Source: Macrostomum lignano (taxonomy: Eukaryota). Taken from it: a stretch of DNA of 64,000 nucleotides. Numbering within the stretch: position 1 is the first letter of the stretch; each line of letters starts with the position of its first letter. This document shows, one piece after another, positions 45,301 through 56,561 of this stretch. The notes below the pieces were generated by a model that had not been told where the DNA came from, made no database searches, and worked only from the letters and a program-made list of their open reading frames with translations. A program made the translations under genes and the position numbers. The stretch is taken from positions 1 to 64,000 of the forward strand of contig NIVC01003067.1 in the NCBI GenBank assembly GCA_002269645.1. The letters run 5' to 3'.

Positions 45301-46923
45301 AAGAGCCCCGGTAGAGCCGGCAACCAAAGACGAAGAACTTGCGGAGGAGCACGAGAGCAACATCATCATGGCTATTGATGAGATTCAAGCTTCTGAAGCA
45401 GAGTTGACGCGAATTGCCAGAAGAGACCAGGAGTACCAGGAGCTGAAGCGATTGGTTCAGCAAGGATTCCCTAACGAGAAGGGAAACGTACCGGTCCATC
45501 TAAGACAATTTTGGAACATCCGCGACAAACTAGCAGTCGAGCATGACTTGATCGTAGTAGGAAGGCGATTGCTCATTCCCAAGGAGATGCGAGCAGAAGT
45601 CCTGAATAGGATGCTCAAGATGCATCAGGGAGTCGTTAAGATGAAAGAGAGAGCCAGAATGACTTTCTATTGGCCGGGAATCGACAACGATATAGAAATG
45701 TCAGCCAGGAAGTGTATCCCGTGCCAAGAGACTTTGCCTAGTCAAGTAAAGGAGCCGATGGTTGTGAGAAAGGAACCGGAACGCGTCTTTCAAGAAGTCC
45801 ATGCCGACTTGTTTCAATTCGCTGGGAAGATGTTCCTGGTGACTGTGGACGGAAAGTCTGGTTGGCCAACACTAGACTACTTCGGAACTGATGCCTCAAC
45901 GTACAAGGTGATCAACGTGCTGCGAAGACGTTTCTGTGAGAAGGGCGCGCCGGAGGTGTTATGGTCAGACAATGGACCGCAATTCACAGCCAAGCCATTT
46001 CTGGGATTCTTGCGTCGTTGGAATGTGGAGCAGAGGACATCATCCCCACGTACGCGCAGAGCAATGGGCGAGCGGAGGCAGCCGTCAAGGCAATGAAAAA
46101 GCTGGTGCGTGGAAATTGGAATCACGGAGCCAGAGAGCCGAACTGGGACGATCTCTGCCAGGGGATACTGATGTATTGCAACACTCCGCGATACGACGGC
46201 AGATCACCAGCACAGATGGTGTTCGGTCACGAGGTTCGCGATACCCTGCCAATTCACCGGAGAGCGTTCGCCAAGGAATGGCAAGCAGCAGCAGATGAGG
46301 TGGACAACAGGGCAGCGGAGAAGAGGGAGAGGATGGAGGTGTACTACAATAGAGCAGCTCACCAACTCCCAGCCTTGCGAGTGCGAGACAGAGTTGCAGT
46401 GCAGGACGCCCAGACCAAGCGATGGGACAAGTACGGCGTGGTGGTCGAGCTAATGAAAAACAACGACTTTCTAGTCAAGCTGACCAGCGGCCGGGTTCTT
46501 CGGAGAAACCGAAAGTTCCTACGGAGAAGGTTTCCAGCACATGCGGCGGAAGCTCGCTACCAGCCCAATACTGGCCCTGCGGACTCGCAAGGTACGAATG
46601 GAGCCAGAGGGCCGGAAGGACGATCAAGACCGTGGCATACGAGAAACCGTCGGCCACCCAACAGGCTTCAGATTGACCCCCGCAAAAGTTCGTACGACTG
46701 ACTGACAAGAAGTCACATTGTAACTGAAGGGGGAGGTGTTGTGTATGAGTGTGCATATGCATGTGTGTGACACTGAAGCTTGGGCTATACTCGTATGAAT
46801 ATTACTGTCTATGGTATAAATACACGTGACGGCCTAGAGAGACGGCCATGCCCTCTGAGCTTTAGTTTCATCAGACCGCGCGCTATAGAAGATATAACCC
46901 TCTCGGCTTCGCGATATATAACA
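42379..46923 (+). mobile_element. Ty3/Gypsy LTR retrotransposon (Mag-like), full length
   Basis: 187-bp LTRs at 42379-42565 and 46737-46923 (TG...CA, no differences seen); PBS TGGCGTCGCAAGCAG at 42566; PPT GAAGGGGGAGG; 5-bp TSD CTATC. Confidence 0.97.
42668..46701 (+). CDS. Gag-Pol polyprotein (Gag with tandem Cys/His knuckles, protease, RT, RNase H, integrase); one frameshift at ~46045
   Basis: CKFCGREH..CPAWGKSCTKCGKLNHFAKQC; LPDTGA; MCVDL..DATKGYHQV..IVDD; HTDAS; HQG..YWPG..C..C; HADLF; SDNGPQF; SNGRAEAAVK (next frame). Confidence 0.93.
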
Positions 46924-47764
46924 CTATCATTGAATTTTTTAAACAAAACACAAAACAGTGAGTTATTTTGTCTCATATGTATACCATTTATATACCATTT
47001 ATTGTATTCTCTGGTGGTGCAGGCACAAAATTTGGCTATATATTAATCTGAAAAATATTAAATAAATATTATTTATGCGGGCGCATCTCTGGCTTTGCGG
47101 TAACTATATGGTCGGAATAATGAGCAATTCTCGATTTTTTTCTGCTATTTTTTTACTGACGGAACACAAATATTTTATTATCAATATTATTATGCGATAT
47201 TAACTTCATCTCCTGCTCAGACAGGTGTCACACTGTATTTTAAGTGTAGCATATTAGACACTCAAATTAGAGTAAATTTACTCAAAGTAGCAACTACAAA
47301 TCGACAGAGATAGAGATAGTCATTCATCTGTTCACAAATCGAAGTGAATAATAATAATTATTATTGTATACTATTAGCGTCGATTAACAACTTTAGAATT
47401 GGAACAAAAAAGTGGTTGATAGAAAAATTAAAGTAGAAGAAGCGTTTGGACTTTACTTTTTTTAGCCAGAGTTCGACAAATTCGGTTCGGTATTGAGAGG
47501 AATTGTTTCTGCAACTGCAACACTTCCGGAAGCTGACGCAGGTTAATAGCTCGAATAGTTAGCTGATATAAAATTCAGATAATTTTTTAAGGACAAAAAA
47601 TACTCGTACATTTACATGCATTTATGAACATATACATTAAGGCCGTAAGCGGATATTGTTGTTTGGTTGATTACGATTCTGAAATTGTCGTCTGACAGTT
47701 GTCCTCAGATGCACTCAAAAGATTACGGTCGACTTGTATTTTTCGACTCTGTGGGGACTGTCTG

Positions 47765-48240
47765 CAGATTCTGTGGCAACTGTCTGTCTGTACAGATTCT
47801 GTGACAAATGTCTGTCTGTGCAGATTCTGTGGCAACTGTCTCTCTGTACAGATTCTGTGACAAATGTCTGTCTGTGCAGATTCTGTGGCAATTGTCTGTC
47901 TGTACAGATTCTGTGGCAACTGTCTGTCTGTACAGATTCTGTGGCAACTGTCTGTGTGTACAGATTCTGTGGCAACTGTCTGTCTGTGCAGATTCTGTGA
48001 CAACTGTCTCTCTGTACAGATTCTGTGGCAACTGTCTGTCTGTACAGATTCTGTGACAAATGTCTGTCTGTACAGATTCTGTGGCAACTGTCTGTCTGTA
48101 CAGATTCTGTGACAAATGTCTGTCTGTACAGATTCTGTGACAAATGTCTGTCTGTAAAGATTCTGTGACAAATGTCTGTCTGTACAGATTCTGTGGAAAC
48201 TGTCACATTCTGTGGCAACTGTCTGTCTACAGATTCTGTG
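47765..48240. repeat. 28-bp minisatellite (CAGATTCTGTGGCAACTGTCTGTCTGTA)
   Basis: About 16 copies. Confidence 0.93.
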
Positions 48241-48395
48241 GGGACTGACACCATTAAAAAACGTGTCCAGTATTTTTCGACCTGTTTCTTCTGTCCTGTA
48301 GATTTTCAGCGCAGATGGTGAGAAACATAAAAATTTAAACGAAAGCCAAAAATGAAGAATGCAATTTGTGGAATTCGGTCGTTCTACTCCCATCA

Positions 48396-48836
48396 TTAGT
48401 CGCTGTCGCTGTTGCACAGGCCGGCTCCCACGGCATGCACCGGTGACAGGCCACACTTGCGAAAGGCGTCCTTGGCGCATGCTAGGCAGCTTCGTTGGGT
48501 CTGGCAGGACATCAAGGTGCCCGACAGGCAGCCCAGCTGCCGGCTGTCGCTTGTCGCAACCGACCGAAAAATTGCCGCAGAAACGGAGCTCAGAGCCGAA
48601 CCGGCGGATTTGGAGCGGCAGACGGCGGCAGCGAACTCCGAGACCTGACGGAGGCTGCAGGTGCGGAGGCCACGACTGACGCATTCCAGACAGTCCCTGC
48701 CGCCGCTTTGCTGCAGCTTGCAGCCAGTTAAAACCGGCTTCAGGCAGCCCAGCTGACCAGGCAGATTCGACTGGCTGACGGATGCAGCCAGGGGGAGCCT
48801 GGATAGCAGCTGAAGCAGAGCCAGCACTGCGACCAT
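48396..48836 (-). CDS. Small secreted protein with two tandem 6-Cys domains; family not recognised
   Basis: GC-rich intronless 146-aa ORF with a hydrophobic N-terminus MVAVLALLQLLSRLPLAAS. Two repeats QLGCL-x6-C-x(5-9)-CLxC-x7-C-x12-C. Confidence 0.7.
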   Translation of the reverse strand: MVAVLALLQLLSRLPLAASVSQSNLPGQLGCLKPVLTGCKLQQSGGRDCLECVSRGLRTCSLRQVSEFAAAVCRSKSAGSALSSVSAAIFRSVATSDSRQLGCLSGTLMSCQTQRSCLACAKDAFRKCGLSPVHAVGAGLCNSDSD

Positions 48837-48894
48837 CACTGTTGAAGTGCGGCGACACAGCTGGGATGAGACTGCTGCGGCCGATTGCAGCCGG

Positions 48895-49490
48895 GTGATT
48901 CACAAAGACAACTATCCGTAATTCTAGCAACCATCCGTGATTCACAAAGACAACTATCCGTAATTCTAGCAACCATCCGTGATTCACAAAGACAACTATC
49001 CGTAATTCTAGCAACCATCCGTGATTCACAAAGACAACTATCCGTAATTCTAGCAACCATCCGTGATTCACAAAAATATCCAAAATTCACACAACCATCC
49101 GTGATTCACAAAGACAACTATCCGTAATTCTAGCAACCATCCGTGATTCACACAAATATCCAAAATTCACACAACCATCCGTGATTCACACAACTATCCG
49201 AAATTCACACAATCATTCATGATTCACACAATCATCCGTCATTCACACAACTATCCGAAATTTACACAATCATTCATGATTCACACAATAATTCGTGATT
49301 GACACAATTATCCGTGATTCACATCATTCGTGATTCACACAATCATTCGTGATTCACACAATAATTCGTGCTTCACACAACCATCCATAAAAAACCCAAT
49401 CATCTATAATTCACACAATCATCCGTAATTCACACAATCATCTATAATTCTCACAATCATCCGTAATTCACACAATCATCCGTGATTTAC
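48895..49490. repeat. 42-bp tandem repeat grading into a decayed CACAATCATCCGTGATT array
   Basis: About 5 clean copies of GTGATTCACAAAGACAACTATCCGTAATTCTAGCAACCATCC. Confidence 0.88.
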
Positions 49491-50016
49491 ACGATTAATA
49501 ATCTGCATTTTCTGAAAATCCAAGTGCAGAATTAAACTCAAAAAGCTTACCCTTCATAGCGTTGCCAACAGTTTCACACATTTCTTGTATTGTTTAATTT
49601 GCTCTGCAGAAGTTTTCACTGTAACAAAATTAAGAAAGTGAATAATAATCAATAGCTTAGTATCGATCGATGCCTTTCGATTAAGTCAAGAATTGAGTCT
49701 TTATCAAAGCACTCCCACATCAGATATTGTTACGAAAGTTGTAACAATGTTTCTGCAAATTTTACCATAAACTATGGCAAGAAACGAGGTTTCATTAAAA
49801 AAGGCTTATAGTTATATTATAGTTAGCATAAGCGTGTTGAAACGGACCCACACACTGCAATTGTCTATGGCCGACTTCAATAAATAAAACTCGTTTGCAT
49901 ATAAGTATTTTGTTTGACCCAATTAGTTAGGCCATTTGACACACTCAGAACCTGACCAGCTGGATCCAAGAAAGAAAAAAAGAAGAAAAGAAAGACGGAC
50001 GGAGAGGTAGTTAAGG

Positions 50017-50417
<401 letters not shown>

Positions 50418-50419
50418 TA

Positions 50420-51010
50420 TGGTGGTTGACTGGATGGTAGCCGGGAGAGAAATAAAATTAAAAAGCCCAAAATCCACCTGATTCGATGCAGAAAAGAGTG
50501 TCTTCGACACTTGACGGGATCGGCTCAGCCCGCCGTAGTCCAGAGCCGTTGCCGTCGCGCGTGCTTAATTTCATAGAGGCATCCAAAGCGCGTCTAGAGT
50601 CAGCAAACTACTGGTCCCTCCACAGGCTCCACGGCTTCTTTCACCGATTCACGATATAATACTGAATCATTCTGAAAAAAATCCTTTAGCGATGATACTT
50701 AGTACGTATTCTTAGTACGAGCTACGCACTTCCAACACGAAGAATCACAGGACATAGTTTAGATCGCTCTTGCTCATGTATTGAAGATCTTTCAGAACCA
50801 TCTTGTTCGTCACACTCCCATTTGCCCAATGCTGCTTCTTCAGTTCATGCCGGGCACGGAAGGTGTTTACCATCCATTCGCATTTCTTCTTCGTCGTTAC
50901 TGGAGTCACTGCGTCCATTGCATCAAAGACATCCTGCTCAGTCATAGACGCCGCATTCGGTTCAGCAGAACAGATTTCATTGGCTAAATCCAATTCTAGA
51001 TTCTTGATTT
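50420..51010 (-). mobile_element. Crypton (tyrosine-recombinase, DUF3504-type) remnant
   Basis: TKKKCEWMVNTF..LQYMSKSDLNYVL*FFVLEVR..FADSRRALDASMK..RRAEPI matches the Crypton/ZMYM N-lobe pattern (KTxWA..F..W..L..MS..EL...L..FV.EVR..LD..MK..A.PI). Contains stops and is cut by the GATA array. Confidence 0.65.
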
Positions 51011-51404
51011 AGAATTCCTTGGCTGACCATCCGGCAGCTTAAAATTTTAAATCGACTACAGCTAAGCCTACAGCTGCTCTCAATTTAGTAGCTAATGCGT
51101 ATATTGCAATAAAAAATTAAATTTAAGACATGCTCAGCACACGTATAGTAGCGGATGCCAAATTCATCAAATTCATCGAATCGATGCTGAATTCATTTCT
51201 TAGTCCAAAATGTTAAATTTCAGTCCAGAAAAGGTTTTTCCGCGTTACCCTTACCCTTAGGCTGAGGGAGGCTGAGACAGTCTTCTGCTTTCCTACTTAC
51301 AATAATTGCATATTGCAGTAGTTCAAAAGGTAAGTCCTATCTTATTTTAAATTGTTTTCGCCAAACTGACAACAATCCGTACTACTGGGACAGTCCAAAA
51401 AGCT

Positions 51405-51431
51405 GACAGACAGACAGACAGACAGACACTA

Positions 51432-51468
<37 letters not shown>

Positions 51469-51471
51469 CTA

Positions 51472-51536
<65 letters not shown>

Positions 51537-51537
51537 C

Positions 51538-51600
<63 letters not shown>

Positions 51601-51751
51601 CTAAGACAGACAGACAGACACTAAGACAGACAGACACTAAGACAGACAGACAGACACTAAGACAGACAGACAGACACTAAGACAGACAGACACTAAGACA
51701 GACAGACAGACACTAAGACAGACAGACAGACACTAAGACAGACAGACACTA

Positions 51752-51844
<93 letters not shown>

Positions 51845-51875
51845 CTAAGACAGACAGACACTAAGACAGACACTA

Positions 51876-51924
<49 letters not shown>

Positions 51925-51985
51925 CTAAGACAGACAGACAGACAGACAGACAGACACTAAGACAGACAGACAGACAGACAGACAG
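51405..51985. repeat. (GACA)n microsatellite with CTAA punctuation
   Basis: Visible directly. Confidence 0.97.
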
Positions 51986-53231
51986 AAACAGGCAGACAGT
52001 ACACCAGGCACTAAAGCAGACAGAAATTAAGACATACAGACACGACACGGATACTCAGAATGACACAGACTGCCGGAGATAGATTGAGGATGCGCATTGA
52101 AGCTGTTCGGAGATATAATAGAGAAGAACACAGCGATGTGATTGAGAATTCAATAGAATGAAGAGTCGACTATAGGGCAGATAAAAAAGACTGCACGACC
52201 CACCCGGGGGGGGGGGGGCTGCATTGTGAGCGGCAACGGCTGGCTTTGATTGAGTGGGCCCGGTCGGCGCGGAGCAAGTCAACAGTAAAAGCCGAAGATC
52301 TGAGGATCCGAGAATTTTCTGAATGTGGAATATAAAGGATTGAACTTTGCCGGCCAACCTCTCGGTGAGCTAGTAAGTGTGAAGGCGGCAAGCGAAGGGC
52401 CCGGAAGTGACTCTATAGAGTTGCGTTGCTGAGTGGCCGGAGTTGTCAAGTAGTGCGGAAAACCGATTTAACAGTCGACGTTGCTCTGCAACTCTCAAAT
52501 GACCTTCCATGTAACAAAACACGTGTGTAACGAGTCTCTGCCACTTAACTTCAAAATTTTGTAGGCAACTCAACTAATCGCTTCAAACTGGGACATTAGA
52601 AAAGAAAATAATCAAAGGCATTGGTTTGAAAGCCGCGTAGTTTGCCGTTGTGTAATACAATCTCGACAGTTACATCTACAATATTTAGAATTTATAAGAC
52701 AACTCTCAAAACTACCCCCACAACAGTTAAACAAAATGAGTGTTTACGAACTAAAGCAATTACTTAACTACCAAATTACCTATCATTTCAAACAGTCTTT
52801 TAGGAGTTAAAGAATAATGCCCCATCATATTCCTTTGTGGGTACAAAAGTTTCCGGAAAATCATTCAAAAAATTATAAAATTTTACCATTGACATGATCA
52901 TCATCTAAAAAATACTGAATGCCTCGTTTAGGCTAACTGAAACTCTACTCCGTACAGTTGGTTTATATTGACTATCTCTTGAGAGTGAACTGAATAGCTG
53001 GTAATTACATGTAGCAGCACCTCAAAGGGGCCGCTTAGCCAAGCCCCAAGCCCTCCGCAAGAGCCATAAAATCCCTCACCGGACACAAGCACCACTCCGC
53101 TTAGCCCATCCCCAAGCTCTCCGCCAGAGCCATAAAACCCATCCCCAAGCCCTCCGCCAGAGCCATAAAACCCATCCCCAAGCCCTCCGCCAGAGCCATA
53201 AAACTCCTCACCGACACCGACACCACCAGCT

Positions 53232-53978
53232 CTCACCGGACTCTACGTTCGGTCTACGACTTTTTCGTAGCTCCCACTTGGCGCCGCGTTTACGTCGCGG
53301 AGGGGAAACACGCCCAATGGGGGTGTACGAAGAGCGCCATGTAAAGTCAAGCAATTACACTTCTCCCCAAAAACGAAAAAGCTCAAAAATGCGGATTAAA
53401 AGGATAAGGATTAAGGAATAAAACATGAAAAGTAAAAATACACTTGGCTCAGTTCGCAGCAGCAATTACGCGTTAAACTCTGTAGCTGATAGGCTTGTCC
53501 TTGGCCGCTCTTGGGTGCGGCCTCTCCGCAATGCCGCGCTCTGGCGAGGCGGCGCCAGCGTCGGCTTCCGGTGGCGGGTCCTCGGCCACTGTCAGAGGCC
53601 GAATGTGCGTCAGTCGCCTTGCCGCAGGATGTAGGAATCGCCTAGCTTGTCGGTGACGGTCCAGGGTTCGAGCTCGAAAGGCGTCTGCGTTTTCGTGCGT
53701 CTCGTCTACTTGCGGAGAACCGCCGAACCCGGCTCGACGCTGGCCGCCTTGGCCCTCCTGGAGCGGTTGAAACCTGCTGCCATCTGCTTGGCCGCGTGAC
53801 GCTTTGCAAGGTCGGCTCGGTCGTGCTGCACGGGCTGCGTTGGTTGAATTGACGGGAGGCCGTCGTTGAGAGCTCGGCCCATGAGTAGTTCAGCTGGTGC
53901 TACGCCGGATGCCGAGTGCGGAGTGACGCGATGAGCGAGCAGCCAGTCGTCTAGTGCAGTACGCCAGTTGCGTCCTTC
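53232..53978 (-). mobile_element. Gypsy 3' fragment: integrase C-terminus, PPT and partial LTR
   Basis: AEGRNWRTALDDWLLAHRVTPHSASGVAPAELLMGR; PPT GGGGAGAAG at 53360-53368, then TGTAAT.. LTR from 53359 down to 53232. Confidence 0.8.
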
Positions 53979-56561
53979 CGCTTCAGCATTCCGGGCTTCT
54001 GCACTATCCGCAAGGACCGTAAAACCGCCCGCTGCGACCCGAACGTTAAAGGCGGCGGCCTGCTCTTCTTTATCCGGCAAGTCATTCCGTTCAATAAACC
54101 CGAGGATGGTCTGGCGGAACCACCGAAGGCTGCAGAATTTCGATCAGCACCTCGGCCAGACAAAAACTTGTCATCTCCAACATCTGCAGCACAAGCTCAG
54201 TGCCTGGTCGACTGGTGCAACTCCGTGGACTACCGCATCCTGAACTCAGGGGAACACACTTAAGTTGACAGGCGCACCGGACGGGCTAGTGCTCCCGATC
54301 TCACCATCGCTAGTCAATCAGTGGCCGACCTCTTTAAATGGCAACCGCTCACCGAGCTCGGCTCCGATCACCAACCCATCCTGGTGATTGTCCCGGAATC
54401 CCGTGAAACCCTGAGCACTGCGCCTCGCTTCAGCTGGTCTTGGAAGAAAGCGAACTGGACTGCTTACCAGACCCTGCTCTCCGAGGACGCCGACCGCCTC
54501 AATGGCGGCTCCATTAAGAAACAGATTGCCAGGCTCTGCTCGGGCATGCTTAAAGCAGCCAAATCTGCTATCCCGCTAAAAAAAGTCTCTGCCAAAAACA
54601 AGCCATACTGGGATGAAGAACTTACTGAACTTCGCGACACTCGGAACCGGCTTTGGGAATCTGGCGCCCATCCTGGTGAGTGGCTCGAAAAAAGTCACGA
54701 ACTGTCCAAACTCTGTACCGAAAAGAAAGCCGAATTCTGGAAGGAGTACATCAATAAAATGTCCGACTCTGCCGACCCAAAACAAGTCTGGAGGACTGTC
54801 AAGTGCCTCAGCAACGGCAAACAACAAGCTCCTCCCAACGAATCTCTCGTTGTTGATGGTCGAGAACTGCGCACGGACAAGGAAAAGGCTAACGCCTTTG
54901 GCCGCTATTGCGAAAACATCAGCACTCTGAAACACTCGGCGGTGGACCGCAAGGTCAAAGTGGCCACGTCCCGTCGCCTGGCCCACTACTCCACCGACGA
55001 CAACCTTTAATGCCGTGACTTCACCCCTGGTGAGCTGAAACGGGCCATTGGCAAACTTGACCCAAGCAAAAAATGTGGGCCCGACGAAATCGAAGCTGCC
55101 TTCTTCATCCACCTGCCGGACTCTTGGATGACGGCCTGGCTGGCCGTCTTCAACCGTTGCTGGCGTACCGGACACTTCCCTGGAGTCTGGAAAAAGGCCG
55201 TTATCGTCCCCCTGCTAAAGGACGGAAAGGACCCCAAAGACCGCGGTAGCTACAGGCCTGTCAGCCTCACCTCCATCTGCGGGAAGATCCTCGAACGGCT
55301 TATCCTCGATCGCCTCTTTCGCTGGCTCGAGCTCCACCACAACATCATTCAGCCCTGCCAAGCCGGTTTTCAACGTAGTCGCGGCTATGAAGAGCAAATC
55401 ACCCGCCCCGTTCAGTCTATTCAAGATGAATGGGAGAAACACCCGCACTTGAAAACTGTGGCCGTCCTCATCGACTGCTCTCGCGCCTTCGACCGTGTTT
55501 GCGCGCTCGCCTTATTGGTCGCATGATGGACGAAGGTTCACCAGCTTTCTCGAAGGCAGGCAGATCGCTGTGCGGGTCGGCTCCTCGCTTGGGAAATGGC
55601 GCAGACGGAGGGCGCCGTCAGCTCGCCTGCCCTCTTCCTCATCGATGTTAATAAGTGGTCCGGTCACACCGTGCCTCTCGTTGACTACAGTGGCATTGCA
55701 GACGATCTCGCCCTCTGGAGCACGGGCCGGAACCTCCCGGAAATCCAGGCTCGCCTCCAATCCGCCCTGCAGCTCGTCGAGTAATGGGCCGCTCATCTGC
55801 GTATCGACATCAACCCTTCTAAAACTGAGGGATGCCTCTTCTCTCGTGACAGATCTGACCGTCAACGCAACCTCAGCCTCACCCTCCGGGGCCAACAGAT
55901 TCCTTTCAAGCAGGAGATTAAGTTTCTCGGAATCTGGATTGACCAATGTCTGCAATTCGAAAAGCAAACTGACTCCGTCCGGGAAAGAATGCTTCGCAGA
56001 GCTGCCATTCTTCGTGCCCTAGCCCACCGTGAATGGGGCTGGGATCGCAAGCTGCTGCTGCGAGTCTACCGGGCTCTTGTCGAATCCATCGTGTGGCACG
56101 CCGCCGCGGCCTGGACGCCCTGGCTATCTGCGACCCCAGCCCAGCGTGAGGCCCTCCGGGTTGTCACTGGTTTCCCCCGCTCGACACCGGTAGAGGTCAT
56201 CTACCTCTTGAAAGAGGTACCTCTTGAATTTTCTCTTCTATTCTCCCCCCGCTTATTTATTATCAAGAGGAGGCCCTTTAGGACCTCCTAGTCTCGCAGG
56301 TCCGCGCCGGGCACTGTCCTGCATCGATCTACTACCGCAACCGCACTGGCATTGAGGTCGGGGGCAACTGCCGTCTTTGCGCGGAAGAGGTCGATCGGTA
56401 CCACCTTCTCAACTGCCCGGCCCTGGACGTCCAACGCCGTACTCACGGCATTACCGAAATGTGTCAACTCGCTCGCGCAGACGTAGTGGCGCTTCTCCTT
56501 GGGGCCATCGGTTGGTGTCCCCTTTAGGAGAGGCTCACCGCATACAACAACAACAACAACA
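53975..56561 (+). mobile_element. 5'-truncated, decayed I-superfamily (Ingi/Nimb-like) LINE with (CAA)n tail
   Basis: APE: FSIPGF..RKDR..GGGLL, SAPDLT, GSDHQPI. RT: GPDEI..WKKAVIVPLLK..SYRPVSLTS..QAGF..DCSRAFDRV..ADDL..FLG. C-terminal QVRAGH..C..C..H...CPAL. (CAA)n at 56544-56562. Several stops and frameshifts; the RNase H region appears deleted. Confidence 0.9.

Noticed and set aside
47671-49083. 470-aa ORF
   Set aside because: Stitched from 42-bp and 28-bp repeats across the real Cys-rich gene in another frame.
52055-52573. Exons of an unknown gene
   Set aside because: Short ORFs with no motif and no consistent splice chain.
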